This document shows, piece by piece, positions 9,958 to 20,654 of a DNA stretch of 64,000 nt. Source of the DNA: an uncultured Spirochaetota bacterium. Lineage in GTDB: Bacteria > Spirochaetota > Spirochaetia > SZUA-6 > CAVTHK01. How positions within the stretch are numbered: position 1 is the stretch's first letter; every line of letters starts with the position of its first letter. The stretch spans positions 32,001 to 96,000 of the forward strand of contig CAVTHK010000013.1 of the NCBI GenBank assembly GCA_963734495.1, read 5' to 3'. The notes under the pieces were generated by a model. It did no database searches, was not told the DNA's origin, and worked only from the letters and a program-made list of their open reading frames with translations. Both the position numbers and the translations under genes were made by a program.

Positions 9958-10992
9958 TCACGCGGCGTGCGCCTTGCGGAACTCCTCGAACAGGCGCACG
10001 GAGACCTTGTTCTGCTCCCTGATCGAGAGCTTGTACGGGCATTTCTCCTCGCACTGCCCGCAGTCGGTGCACGAGGCGTGCGACGCGACCGCGGCCGCCG
10101 TCCCGCCGGTGAGGACCTTGTCGGCCGGGAACCGCTTGAGGAACGAGACCATGTTCATGAGCGTCACGATCTCGCACGCCCTCGGGGCAGGGCATGCAGT
10201 AGCCGCAGCGGCGGCAGAAGCGCGTGCCGAGCTCCGCCCGGATGCGGCGCATCTTCTCGCGGTCGGCGTCGTCGAGCGGCCGCGCCGCCTCGCACAGGGC
10301 GACGACCTCCTCGACCTCGGCCGTGCGCTCGAAGCCCGGGTCGAGGGCCACGTCCGGATACTGCATCAGGAAGCGGACGCAGAGGCTCGCGTCCTCCAGC
10401 GACTCCGCCCGCAAAGGGCTTCATCGCGATAAAGCCCGCGTCGCGGGCCCGGCACTTCTCCAGGACGCTCGCGTTGTCCTCGGCCACGATGAAATTGAAG
10501 GGCCACTGCAGCACTTCGATCTCCGGGTGATCGAGCACGGCGAGCGCGGCGTCGCGCGTGTGGGCCGAGGCGCCGACGTGCCGCACGACTCCGCGCGTCT
10601 TGGCTTCGAGCGCCGCCTCGAGGGTGCCGTTGGCGATCATCGCGGCCCACGCCTCGGGGCTGCCGACGTTGTGGAACTGGTACAGGTCGATCGTTGTCCA
10701 CGCCGAGCCGCTGCAGCGAGAGCTCGAGGTGCTTGCGCAGGTCCGCCGGCGTCTTCGCCGGGGTCTTGGTGAACAGCCGCAGCCGGTCGCGGTCGTAGCC
10801 GCGGATGGCGCGACCGATGCGCTCCTCCGAAGGGCCGTAGCCGTGGGCCGTGTCGAACCAGTCGATGCCCAGGTCGAGCGCCCGGCGGATCACCCGCGTC
10901 GCGGTCTCGTCGTCGACGCGCTGGATCGGGATGCCGCCGAAACCCGCCCGCGTCACCATCATGCCTGTCCTGCCGAGCCTGATGCGTTCCAT
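9958..10992 (-). CDS. Aldo/keto reductase with C-terminal 4Fe-4S domain, frameshifted
   Basis: [53 protein letters not shown]. Confidence 0.88.
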
Positions 10993-11048
10993 GGCGGCGG
11001 GATCTTACCGGCCGGGAGGGTCAATGGGAAGGCTGCCGCCGCGGGGCG

Positions 11049-12458
11049 CTACCCGGTCCAGCGATCCCCGATCGAGCGGCGGTCGCGCCCGACCTCTTCG
11101 AACCATGCGGAGAGCGCGGCGAGCATCGAGGCGACCCTCTCGGGCTGAGCCGCCGCGAGGTCCCGGCTCTCGCAGGGATCCTCGGCGATGTTGAAGAGCT
11201 GGGCCGGCGGCGGAGCCGGCAGACGGCGCTCCGGGAACGGGCTCTCGTCGGGCTTCCAGTCCTCCCACGGCGCGGAGCGGAGCTCGCCGTCCCGGCGCTG
11301 CTCCTCGGGGTCGGTCCAGACGCTCTCCCGGATCACCGGGCGCACCAGCTTCCAGTCGCCGTCGCGCATCGCGGCGTTGGACTCGATGACCGGCTCGTAG
11401 CGATTCCACTGCCAGAAGCGCGGCGGCGGCCCCGACGCTTCGAGCTCGCGCAGCGCGGGCAGCACGCTGCGGCCGTCGAGCGCCAGGCCCTGCGGGACGG
11501 CCGCTCCCGCGGCCGCGAGCAGCGTGGGGAACCAGTCGCAGAAGTGCACCATCCGGTCGCACGTCCTTCCGGCGTCGAGGCCGCCGGGCCAGCGCAGCAG
11601 CATGGGGACCCGGATGCCGCCTTCATATACATTGCCTTTGGCGCCGTTGAAGTTGCAGTTAAAGCGGTGCGTCCGGCCTTCGCCTTCGCCGCCGAACTGC
11701 GGCCCGTTGTCGCTGGTGAACATGACCAGCGTGTCGTCGCGCAGGCCGAGCCGGTCGAGCTCCTCGAGCAGCCGGCCCACGCCGCGGTCCAGCGCCTCCA
11801 CCATGGCGTAGATGGTGCTCACGGCGCGCGTGTGCCGCCCGCGCTCCGCGTACGGCCGCACGAGCTCTTCGGGGGCCTGAAGCGGAGTGTGCGGGGCGTT
11901 GTAGGCCATGAGCAGAAAGAACGGCCCGTCCCTGTGCCGCCGCAGGAACGCGATCCCTTCGTCGGTGAACACCTCGGTGAGGTAGCGTCCGTCGGAGCGC
12001 TCGAACGTCCCGTTGCGATCGAGGATCCATCTCCAGTAGTCCTGCCAGCCGCTTCGAAACCCGACGAACTCGGCGAAGCCGCGGGCGTTGGGATGGAAGC
12101 GCCGCAAGAGGCAGCCGTTGTGCCACTTGCCCACGTAGCCGGTGGCATAGCCTTCGCCGCTGAGCACGTCGCCAAGCGTCCGCTCGCGCAGGGCGAGGTT
12201 GCAGAGGCCCCGCAGCTCCCTCGTCTCCAGCGCCCCGGTGCGGTGGGCGTAGCGTCCGGTCAGCAGCGACGCACGCGAGGGGGCGCAGATGGGCGAGCCC
12301 GAGTAGTGCTGGGTCAGGCACAGGCCCTGCGCGGCGAGCGCGTCCAGGACCGGCGTCCGCGTGAGGCCGCCGTTGAACAGGCCGAAATCGCCGTACCCCA
12401 GGTCGTCGGCCAGGATCAGGAGCACGTTGGGCCGGGAGCCCCGATTCAGCGCGGCCAT
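11049..12458 (-). CDS. Arylsulfatase (formylglycine-dependent, Cys type)
   Basis: ILADDLGYGD, CAPSRASLLTGR, GKWH, FTSDNG, YEGGIRVP. Confidence 0.93.
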   Translation of the reverse strand: MAALNRGSRPNVLLILADDLGYGDFGLFNGGLTRTPVLDALAAQGLCLTQHYSGSPICAPSRASLLTGRYAHRTGALETRELRGLCNLALRERTLGDVLSGEGYATGYVGKWHNGCLLRRFHPNARGFAEFVGFRSGWQDYWRWILDRNGTFERSDGRYLTEVFTDEGIAFLRRHRDGPFFLLMAYNAPHTPLQAPEELVRPYAERGRHTRAVSTIYAMVEALDRGVGRLLEELDRLGLRDDTLVMFTSDNGPQFGGEGEGRTHRFNCNFNGAKGNVYEGGIRVPMLLRWPGGLDAGRTCDRMVHFCDWFPTLLAAAGAAVPQGLALDGRSVLPALRELEASGPPPRFWQWNRYEPVIESNAAMRDGDWKLVRPVIRESVWTDPEEQRRDGELRSAPWEDWKPDESPFPERRLPAPPPAQLFNIAEDPCESRDLAAAQPERVASMLAALSAWFEEVGRDRRSIGDRWTG

Positions 12459-12474
12459 CGAGCGGACGCCCCCG

Positions 12475-13653
12475 TCACACCAGGACGAGCTCGCGCTGCA
12501 CCGGGCCCGTGACTTCGACCTCGCCCGACGCCGTGATGAAGACGTTGACCTCGGATCGAGCGGCCATGCGTCCTTCGAGGTAGATGCCGGGCTCGATGGA
12601 GAAGCAGAGCCCGGGGATGAGCCTGCGGTCGTCGTGCGTCTCGAGGTTGTCCATGTTCGCGCCGTTGCCGTGCACGGTGTTCCCGATCGAGTGGCCGGTG
12701 CGGTGGAGGAACCGCTCGCCGTAGCCGCCCGCCGCGATCACCGCGCGGCAGGCGTCGTCGACCTCCCAGCCGCGGCAGCCCTCCGGGCCAGCCAGGCGCG
12801 CGCGGATAAAGTCCACGGCCGCGTCGCGGGCGCTGCACACGAGCGCGAAGATCGCGCGGTACTCGGCGGGAGGCTCGGTGCCGGCGAAGCCGCACCAGGT
12901 GATGTCGTGGTAGATGCTGCCCGGCTCGTCGAGCCTGGCCCAGAGGTCGATCAGGACCGCATCGCCCCGGCGGATCTGCCGCGTGCCGTCTTCGCGGCAT
13001 TCGAAGTGCGGGTCGGCCGCGTGGTCGTTGACCCCCACCATCGGCGGGTGGTCGTCGCAGGTGAGCCCCTCGCGCTCGAAGGCGGCGAGGATCCGCTGCT
13101 GCACCTCGTACTCGGAGATCGGCCTTCCGGCGAGCAAGGCGCGTCGGATCTCGTCGAACGCCCCGTCCTTGACGCCGTGCACCCGGCGGCCGGCTTCGAT
13201 GTGCCCGCGGTAGCCGCTCTCGTCGATCACGGCCTCGAACCGCTGTGCGAGGTCGACCGAGCTCACCACGTCGCAGCCAAAGCTGCGCACCAGGTCCACG
13301 GTGCCCGAATCGACGAGCGAGATCGTCGGAATGCTCCCCGCGGGCGAGATGTTCATGGCGACGCGGCGCAGGCCGGCGAGGGTCGCGGCGAGGGCCTCGT
13401 GGAGCTCCTGCCAGCCGCGGTACACGATGGCGCGGCCGGGCAGCGCGTCGAGCTTCCATTTTTCCACGCTGCTCACGATCTTGACCGGCTCGCCGCGGGC
13501 GGGCAGCAGGTAGAACCACCGCCTCGTGGCGGACTTGACCGAGTCGAGGCCCAGGACCCGGTAGGCCACCGGGTCCCTCATGTGAAAGTCGTAAAAGAGC
13601 CACGCGTCGAGGCTCTCCTCGGCCAGCGCCGCGGCGATCGCCTTGGGATCCAC
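12475..13653 (-). CDS. M24 family peptidase (Xaa-Pro aminopeptidase-like)
   Basis: DLWAR, HDITW, HRTGHSIG, FSIEPGIY, RSEVN. Confidence 0.9.
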   Translation of the reverse strand: MDPKAIAAALAEESLDAWLFYDFHMRDPVAYRVLGLDSVKSATRRWFYLLPARGEPVKIVSSVEKWKLDALPGRAIVYRGWQELHEALAATLAGLRRVAMNISPAGSIPTISLVDSGTVDLVRSFGCDVVSSVDLAQRFEAVIDESGYRGHIEAGRRVHGVKDGAFDEIRRALLAGRPISEYEVQQRILAAFEREGLTCDDHPPMVGVNDHAADPHFECREDGTRQIRRGDAVLIDLWARLDEPGSIYHDITWCGFAGTEPPAEYRAIFALVCSARDAAVDFIRARLAGPEGCRGWEVDDACRAVIAAGGYGERFLHRTGHSIGNTVHGNGANMDNLETHDDRRLIPGLCFSIEPGIYLEGRMAARSEVNVFITASGEVEVTGPVQRELVLV

Positions 13654-13689
13654 GTGAAGGCTCCTTCCTGGGGGCCCGCGCCGCTGCCG

Positions 13690-14821
13690 TCAGCCGCGGC
13701 GAAATCACCACCATGTTGTCGCGGTGCACGACCTCGTCAAAGTACGTCTCGCTGCCGAGCACCTGCGCGATCTTGTCCGAATGCAGCCCCTTGATGCGAT
13801 CGATCTCGTCGCTGGAAAAGTTCGTCAGCCCGCGGGCGATCTCCGCGCCGCCGGCGTCCACGATCGCGACCGTGCTGCCCCGCGCGAAACGGCCGGAAAC
13901 GGCGGTCACCCCGGCCGGCAGCAGCGACTTGCGCCGCTCCACGATCGCCCGCTCGCCGCCCGCGTCGATCGTGACCCTGCCGCTGACCTTGGGGTTGAAC
14001 GCGATCCACTTCCTCTTGCCGCGGATGCGCCGGCGGGCCGGCACGAAAAAGGTCCCCACCTCCGCGCCGTCAAAGAGCGCCGCGAGGTCCGCGGTCTTGC
14101 CCCTCGCGATGATCACCCCGACGCCGCTCGTGGTCGCGATGCGCGCCGCGCGCAGCTTGGACTCCATGCCGCCGAGCGAAAAGGCGCTGCCCTTGCCCCG
14201 CGCGAACTCGAACAGCCGGTCCTCGACGCGCTCGACCGTGCCGATCAGCTCCGCCTGCGGGTCGGTCTTCGGATCGGCGCTGTAGAACCCGTCTATGTCG
14301 CTGAGCAGCACGAGGAGGTCGGCGTCGATCATGTTGGCGAGATGGCCCGACAGCACGTCGTTGTCGCCGAACGTGATCTCCTCAAAAGAGACCGTGTCGT
14401 TCTCGTTGACCACGGGCACCGCGCCGTGCTGCCACAGCGTGAGGATCGTGTTGCGGATGTTGAGGTAGCGCTCGCGCGACTGGATGTCTTCGAGCGTGAG
14501 CAGCACCTGCGCGGTCTCGCAGCCGGATTCCTCGAACTTGCGCTCGTAGGCCTGCATGAGCCGGCTCTGGCCGAGCGAAGCGGCGGCCTGCAGCAGGTTG
14601 ATCTCCTTGGGGCGCGACGCGAGCCCCATCCGGCGCAGGCCGAGGGCGATCGCGCCCGAGGTCACGATCAGGACCTCCCTGCCCCGCCCCAGGAGGGCCG
14701 CCGCCTGGGCGACGATCCTGCCGAGTACCGGCTCGTCCACGGAGTTGTCGCTTCGCGTGAGCACGCTGGTGCCCAGCTTGATCACGATCCTGCGGGCATC
14801 CCTGACCAGGTCTCTCGCCAC
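13690..14821 (-). CDS. proB: Glutamate 5-kinase with PUA domain
   Basis: IVIKLGTS, VNENDTV, FGDND, GGMESKL, KSLLPAGV, VVHRDNMV; the true stop is probably TGA at 13690 (track read-through reflects an indel). Confidence 0.95.
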
Positions 14822-14943
14822 GGCGAGCGAGTATATACCGGGCGGGCCGCCTTTGACACGCCTCCCCGCCGGATCGTACCTTCGCCGCGGCAGCCGCGGC
14901 CGGCGACGACCGCCGACGCGCCCGGCGGCCGAGGAGGCTTGGA

Positions 14944-15249
14944 GTGAGCGAAAAGAGCTGGACCGATCTGCTGGCCGATTTCGTGCCCGATCTCGCGCAG
15001 CTTGCGAAGCAGGACACGGAGTTCATGTCGAAGGACACGGCGCTCCCGGCGCGCGTCAAGCTGCTGATGGCGATGCAGCTCGACGCGGTGTTCAACCACC
15101 CCAGGGGCGTGGTCGGCTACGGCAGGCGGGCCCAGGAGGCGGGCGCCACGGTCGAGCAGATCGCGGACGCGATCCGGATGCTGCGGATGTTCGGGGGCCG
15201 GCCCGCCGTGGCGACCGGCGCCGAGGGCCTGCGCGAGCTGAAGAAGTAG
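14944..15249 (+). CDS. Carboxymuconolactone decarboxylase (CMD) family protein
   Basis: ALPARVKLLMAMQLDA...AQEAGATVEQIADA; lacks the AhpD CxxC motif. Confidence 0.8.
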   Translation: MSEKSWTDLLADFVPDLAQLAKQDTEFMSKDTALPARVKLLMAMQLDAVFNHPRGVVGYGRRAQEAGATVEQIADAIRMLRMFGGRPAVATGAEGLRELKK

Positions 15250-15260
15250 GCGGCCCCGGG

Positions 15261-16442
15261 TCAGCTCACGTACAGCACGAGGCCCTTGAGGTACTCCGTC
15301 TCGGGGTGGTAGAGGTTGACGGGGTGGTCGACGGCCTGCCGGTGGCGCTGCACGATGCGGGCCGGTCGCCCGGCCTCGGCCGCGGCCTGAAAGACCACCT
15401 TCTGAAAGAGCACGGCGTCGACGTGGCTCGAGCAGGAGAACGTGAACAGCAGCCCTCCGGGGGCGATCTTCTGCAGCGCGACGCGGTTGGCGTCCTTGTA
15501 GGCGCGGCAGGCGCGGACCACGTCCTTTTTGTGCTTGGCGAACGCCGGCGGGTCGAGCACGATCGCGTCGTAGAAGCCGCGGGGCGCGGTGCGCAGGAAC
15601 TCGAACACGTCGGCCTCGTGGAACGAGCCCGAGTCGGCCGCCAGGCCGTTCAGCGCCAGGTTCGCTGCCGCGGCTTCGATCGCGGGGTGCGAGATGTCGA
15701 CGAAGTCGACGTGGCGCGCTCCCCCTTTGAGGGCCGCGATGCCGAACCCGCCGGTGTAGCAGAATCCGTCGAGCACCTGTCTCCCCGCCGCGAGCTCACG
15801 CAGCCAGGCGCGCATGGAGCGCTGGTCGAGAAAGAAGCCGGTCTTCTGCGAGCCCTCGATCGGGACGCGGAAGAGGAGGTCTCCCTCGTGGACGTCCGCG
15901 TGAGCCGAGGCCTTCCCCGCCCGCCAGCCCGCGGCGTGCGCCAGCCCCTCTTCCTTGCGGGACGCCGAATCCGAACGCTCGTAGAGCCCCGCGGGCCTGC
16001 AGACTTCCACGATCAGCCGCACCAGCTCGTCGCGGATGCGGTCGAGGCCCAGCGTGCCGAGCTGCATCACGAGCAGGTCGCCGTAGCGGTCCAGCACGAG
16101 CCCCGGCATGCCGTCGGCCTCGCCGTTGACGACGCGGTAGGCGTCGGTGGCCTCGCCGAGAAGCGCGGCCCGCATCGCCGCCGCCTCTTCGAGACGCGCC
16201 CGCAGCGCGTCCAGCGGCGGGGTCGAGTCGAAGCTCACCATGCGCGCGGTCAGCGAGCACGCGCTGTTGAAGTAGGCGAAGCCGAGGTGCTCGCCCCCCT
16301 CGCCGCGGACCGCGACGAGGCTGCCGTTCTCCGCTTCGGGAAGCGACGCGATCGCGCCCGAGAAGATCCAGTGGTGACGCTGCCTGATCGCTTTTTCCCC
16401 GGCGGCCTTGACTACCAGCGCGTCGGGGTAAGGTCCTGCCAT
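15261..16442 (-). CDS. rlmI: RlmI-like class I SAM-dependent rRNA methyltransferase
   Basis: HHWIFSG, GEADGMPGL, QKTGFFLDQR, FCYTGGF, LDPPAF, PETEYLKG; own ATG at 16442. Confidence 0.88.
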   Translation of the reverse strand: MAGPYPDALVVKAAGEKAIRQRHHWIFSGAIASLPEAENGSLVAVRGEGGEHLGFAYFNSACSLTARMVSFDSTPPLDALRARLEEAAAMRAALLGEATDAYRVVNGEADGMPGLVLDRYGDLLVMQLGTLGLDRIRDELVRLIVEVCRPAGLYERSDSASRKEEGLAHAAGWRAGKASAHADVHEGDLLFRVPIEGSQKTGFFLDQRSMRAWLRELAAGRQVLDGFCYTGGFGIAALKGGARHVDFVDISHPAIEAAAANLALNGLAADSGSFHEADVFEFLRTAPRGFYDAIVLDPPAFAKHKKDVVRACRAYKDANRVALQKIAPGGLLFTFSCSSHVDAVLFQKVVFQAAAEAGRPARIVQRHRQAVDHPVNLYHPETEYLKGLVLYVS

Positions 16443-16820
16443 CGCTGCCTCAGCATCTCGAGGAGCGGGCGGTCCGCCTCGAGAAAATCGTAACGTTCCC
16501 ACTCCGCGGGCACGGCCCAGCGGACCTCGTCGTGCGCCGCGCAGCGGATCTCGCCGCGCAGCGCCAGCACGCGCAGCGCGTGCAGCTCGATGTTGCGGTC
16601 GCCGTAGGCGTGTCCTGCGACGCCCAGCTCCTCGCCGACGTCGGCCTCCACGCCGAGCTCCTCGGCAAGCTCGCGCGCGAGGCACGCGGCCAGGGTCTCG
16701 CCCGTCCTCGACCTTGCCTCCGGGCAGCTCCCAGCGGCCGCCGAACCTGTCGCCTGCGGCGCGCCGCGCGATCAGGAGCTTCCCGTCCCGGATGATCACA
16801 GCCGCCGTCACGCGCGCCAT
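16412..16820 (-). CDS. MutT/NudG-like NUDIX hydrolase, frameshifted
   Basis: WELPGGKVEDGE...ARELAEELG NUDIX box; C-terminus FLEADRPLL. Confidence 0.85.
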
Positions 16821-16929
16821 GGCATCAGGCTCGCCCGCCGGGGCGTCCCGCGTCAAGCGCCGCGCGCCTTGCGCCCGCGCCCGCGCCGGTCCGTTACCCT
16901 CGCGCGCAAGCTGCATCCGGAGGTGGCCC

Positions 16930-17500
16930 TTGAGCGCACGGGAGATACTCGCCTACCTGAGAGGCCTCGGCCGGCTCAAGAACACGCCCGCGCTCGGGAT
17001 GGAGGCTGCGCGGGATCAAGGACTGCGAGAGCGTGGCGGACCATGCCTACCGCGTCACGCACCTCGTCATGGTCCTGGCCGACGCGCTCGCCGAGCGCGG
17101 CACGGCGCTGGACTCGGCAAAGGCGCTGCGCATGGCGCAGGTCCACGAGATCGGCGAGTCGATCATCGGCGACATCCCCCAGTCGGCCGACTCGCCGATT
17201 TCCGCGGACCTCAAGCAGAAGGCCGAGGCCGCCGCGGTCGAGAGGCTGACGGCCCCCCTGGGAAGCATCGGGGCCGGCTACCGCCGGCTCTGGGAGGAGT
17301 TCGAAGAGTCCAGAACGATCGAGGCCCGGCTCGTGCGCGCGGCGGACAAGCTCGAGATGCTCATCCAGGCGCGCGAGTACGAGCAGGTGGGCTTCCGGGG
17401 CCTCGACGAGTTCTGGACGCACGCGGCCAACCGCCGCAGCTTCGACGATTTCCCCATCGTCGGGGAGGTCCTCGCCCTCATCGAGTCCGAACGCTCGTAG
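16930..17500 (+). CDS. HD-domain hydrolase (YfbR/HDDC2-like), frameshifted
   Basis: LKNTPR-SGW...ESVADHAY...HEIGESIIGDI...AADKLEM. Confidence 0.85.
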
Positions 17501-18911
17501 CGCCCGCCCCCTCGCGGATCGCAAGCGAGACGGCGACAGCCCCGATGCCCGCCAGCGAGATCGCGAGCAGCGCGGCCTGGTAGGCCGGGGCGGCTGCCGC
17601 GGCCGGGACGAGGCCGTCGGCTCCCGCGCGCGCGGCGAGCCGCGCCTCCACGATCACGCCCGAGATCGCCGGCCCGAGGAGCGAGCCGCCGTAGCGCAGG
17701 ACGCTGTAGAGGCCGGCCGCCGCGCCCGACTCGGCCCTGGGGACCGACGCCATGGCCGCGCGGTGCACGGGCGCCAGGTAGACGCCGGCGCCGAGGCCGT
17801 GGACCGCGAGGGCGGCGATCAACGCCCCGAGCGGCCTCGGGGCCCCCGGCAGGCCGAGAAAGGCGAGCACCATCGTCTGCAGGAGCGCGCCCGCGGCGAC
17901 CAGGATGCGCGTTGCGCCGCGGTCGGACCACACGCCGCCGAGCCGCATCGTGACGAGCAGGAAGACGTAGTGGGCCGTGACGATCAGGCCCATCGTGGAG
18001 GCGGGGAGACCGTAGACCTCGGTGAGCATGAGCGGCACCAGGATGTCGAACCCGCTCATGAGGAGCATGCGCGCCCCGGAGCACAGAGAGGCCGGGGTGA
18101 AGTTGGGGATGCGGAGCATCCGCAGGTCGACCAGGGGCCCCTTGACCCTTGTTTCCACCAGGATGAACAGGGCAAAGGCGGCCGCGGCCCCGAGCCCTAA
18201 CCTCCAGTCGCGCAGGCTGCTGACGCCGGTGATGGGACGGCTCGACACGTAGAACAGGAACAGCGTCAGCCCCGCTGCGAAAAGAGCAAGCCCCGTCCAG
18301 TCGACGCCGCCGCGCCGGGCCGGCTCGGACGGCACCGCCCGCCAGATCACGAACAGCCCGAAGATCGCGCCGGCCGCCAGGGGGACGAACGTCGCCCGCC
18401 ATCCGAGCGTGTCGATGAGCAGCCCGCCGACGAACGGGCCGATCATGGCGGCGACCGTGCCCCAGGAGTTCCACTGTCCGAGCGCCTTGCCGCGCTCCTC
18501 CGGCGCGAAGCGGTCGGTGATCACGGCGATGCAGAGCGGGTGGATGCCCGAGTTTCCGGCGCCCTGGATGATGCGCCCCGCGAACAGGAGCCCGAGCCCG
18601 GGCGCCAGCACCATCATGAGCGTGCCCGCGAAGAACACGCCGAGGCCCGCGAGGAAGAGCCTGCGCTTGCCCACCAGGTCCGCGAGCCGGCCGTAGAGCG
18701 GGATGAGACTCAGGTAGGAGAGCTGGTAGGCGGTGTCGAGCCACGCGGTCACGTCAGCCGCGATGGCGAACCGCGCGCGGATGGTCGGCAGCGCCACTCG
18801 CACCATCGACCCGTTGGCGATGGACAGCATGAAGACGATCGAAAGGGCCGCTATCAGCCGCGTCCGCTCCCGCGCCTGCGCCCGACCCGTCTCCGCGGCC
18901 GCCTGAGTCAT
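17478..18911 (-). CDS. MFS transporter (EmrB/QacA-like)
   Basis: VALPTI, GRLADLVGKRRLF, many hydrophobic segments. Confidence 0.9.
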   Translation of the reverse strand: MTQAAAETGRAQARERTRLIAALSIVFMLSIANGSMVRVALPTIRARFAIAADVTAWLDTAYQLSYLSLIPLYGRLADLVGKRRLFLAGLGVFFAGTLMMVLAPGLGLLFAGRIIQGAGNSGIHPLCIAVITDRFAPEERGKALGQWNSWGTVAAMIGPFVGGLLIDTLGWRATFVPLAAGAIFGLFVIWRAVPSEPARRGGVDWTGLALFAAGLTLFLFYVSSRPITGVSSLRDWRLGLGAAAAFALFILVETRVKGPLVDLRMLRIPNFTPASLCSGARMLLMSGFDILVPLMLTEVYGLPASTMGLIVTAHYVFLLVTMRLGGVWSDRGATRILVAAGALLQTMVLAFLGLPGAPRPLGALIAALAVHGLGAGVYLAPVHRAAMASVPRAESGAAAGLYSVLRYGGSLLGPAISGVIVEARLAARAGADGLVPAAAAAPAYQAALLAISLAGIGAVAVSLAIREGAGATSVRTR

Positions 18912-18956
18912 CTCCCCTCCCGTGCGGCGACATTCTACCGGGAGCGGCGGACGGTG

Positions 18957-19821
18957 TTAAGGCGGCGGAAGCTCCAGCACGGCGATCACGGGGTAATGGT
19001 CGCCGGCCGTGCGCTTGACCGTGCGCGCGTCGACGACGGTGATTCCCGGCGAGACGAAGATGAAATCCACGCGCGGCCGCAAACGGCAGCCGCACGCGCC
19101 AGTAGGTTCCCGAAAGCAGGCGGCCGGAAGCCGCCACGGTGTCGACGAAGCGCTCGCTCATCAGGCGGATGGCCGCGGAAGACGGGACGGTGTTGAAGTC
19201 GCCGCCCAGGATCACGGTCCCGGCGTCCTGGCCGTCGAGCCACCGCAGGATCTCCGCGACCGACTCGCTCCGCGGCGACTTGAGGGACATCTCGCGGAGC
19301 ACGGCGCCGATCGCGCGCCAGGGTCCGAGGCTCACCCGGCCGGCTTCGTCCCGCGGCTTGGCGATCGGATCGAGGTGGATGTCGACGAGAGTGACGGCCC
19401 GGCCGCCCACGACCGTCCGCGCGAGGAACGCTCCGCGGCGCAGCGCGCGACGAGGGCGCGACGAACGTCTGGAGCCGCCCGAGCGGCGCGCGCGACAGCA
19501 CTGCCACGCGCTGGCCGGCGTCGTAGGCGAGATGGTACGGGCCCCCGCCCGCGGACGCGATCCCCGCGACGAGGGCCGCGGCCCGATCCTCCGTGAGGAC
19601 CTCCTGGAGAAGGTAGACGTCCTTCCACCCACGGCCGCGAGGACCTCGACCACGCCTTCGAGCGGGGGCGCGATCCCCACGGCGTCGCCTGTGTTCCAGC
19701 TCATGACGGTGATGCGAACCGGAGGAGGCGCGGGCTCGGCGGTCATGCAGGACGAGAGGACGAGGGCGGCGGAGATTGCCGCCATGCCCGCAGCGCGCGC
19801 GCCGTGATCGCGGCCAGCCAT
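18957..19821 (-). CDS. Endonuclease/exonuclease/phosphatase family putative lipoprotein, frameshifted
   Basis: Lipobox-like LSSC, MSWN, LLQEV, LGGDFN, GDHYPV. Confidence 0.8.
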
Positions 19822-19939
19822 CGGCGACAGAGTGGTTCGCGGCGGCGCCGAGTGTCAACGCTCCCGGTTGAGCGGCGAAGCACGCTCTGCTACATTGGGC
19901 CCGGAGGCGCCCCATCGACCAGGCGAGGCGCGACACCAC

Positions 19940-20394
19940 CGAAGGCGTCATCCGCAGGTTCCGCCTGACGGATGCCGACGCGGTGAGCGCGGTCATCTGC
20001 AACACGCTCCTCATCTCGAACAGCCCCGACTACGAGGTCGAGGTCGTGCGCAACCTCGCGCGCGGCTTTACGCCGCAGGCGCTGCGCGCGATGTCGCACC
20101 GGCGCCAGATCTGGGTCTACGAGGAAGCAGGCCGCATCACCGCGACCATCGCGCTCGAGGACGACACGATCAGCGGCTTCTTCGTGGCTCCCGACCGACA
20201 GGGCCGGGGGATCGGCAAGCGCCTGCTGCGCTTCATGGAGGACAAGGCGCGTGCAGAAGGGCCTGCACGCGGTGCGCCTCTCCGCGAGCCTCACCGCGGT
20301 GAGCTTCTACGAAAGGCTGGGGTACAGCCCCTTCGGCGAGGAAGGCGGCGACGACGTGTACGGCCGGGTCGTGCCGATGAGAAAGCTGCTGTGA
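19940..20394 (+). CDS. GNAT family acetyltransferase, frameshifted, start uncertain
   Basis: IRRFRLTDADAV...FVAPDRQGRGIGKRLL...ASLTAVSFYERLGY. Confidence 0.82.
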
Positions 20395-20654
20395 AGAAGA
20401 GGACGCTCGCCATCATCGCCATCGTCCTCGCGGCGGCGGTCGCGCTGGCGCGCATCGTCGGGATGGCGGCGCGGTCGCGGGAGGCGCCGCGGCACCGCGC
20501 ACCCGCCAGCTACCGCGAGTCGCCGATCCTCCGCGAGCGCGTCGAGCGCGGCGACCTGCCGCCGGTGGAGAAGCGGCTCCCCGACCAGCCGCTCGTGGTG
20601 CCTCCCGTCGAAGGCATCGGCCGCTACGACAGCGACCCCGTCCGCCGTCCCTAG
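20391..20654 (+). CDS. Small membrane-anchored protein resembling only the N-terminus of family-5 ABC substrate-binding proteins
   Basis: MKKRTLAIIAIVLAAAVAL anchor then YRESPILRERVERGDLPPVEKRLPDQPLVVPPVEGIGRY; GTG overlaps the GNAT stop. Confidence 0.6.
   Translation: MKKRTLAIIAIVLAAAVALARIVGMAARSREAPRHRAPASYRESPILRERVERGDLPPVEKRLPDQPLVVPPVEGIGRYDSDPVRRP

Noticed and set aside
12446-14821. 791-aa extended ProB
   Set aside because: The extension is out-of-frame read-through over the M24 peptidase gene, caused by a probable indel near 13700.
15261-16916. NUDIX-methyltransferase fusion
   Set aside because: The NUDIX gene completes in another frame (stop at 16412) and the methyltransferase has its own ATG at 16442.
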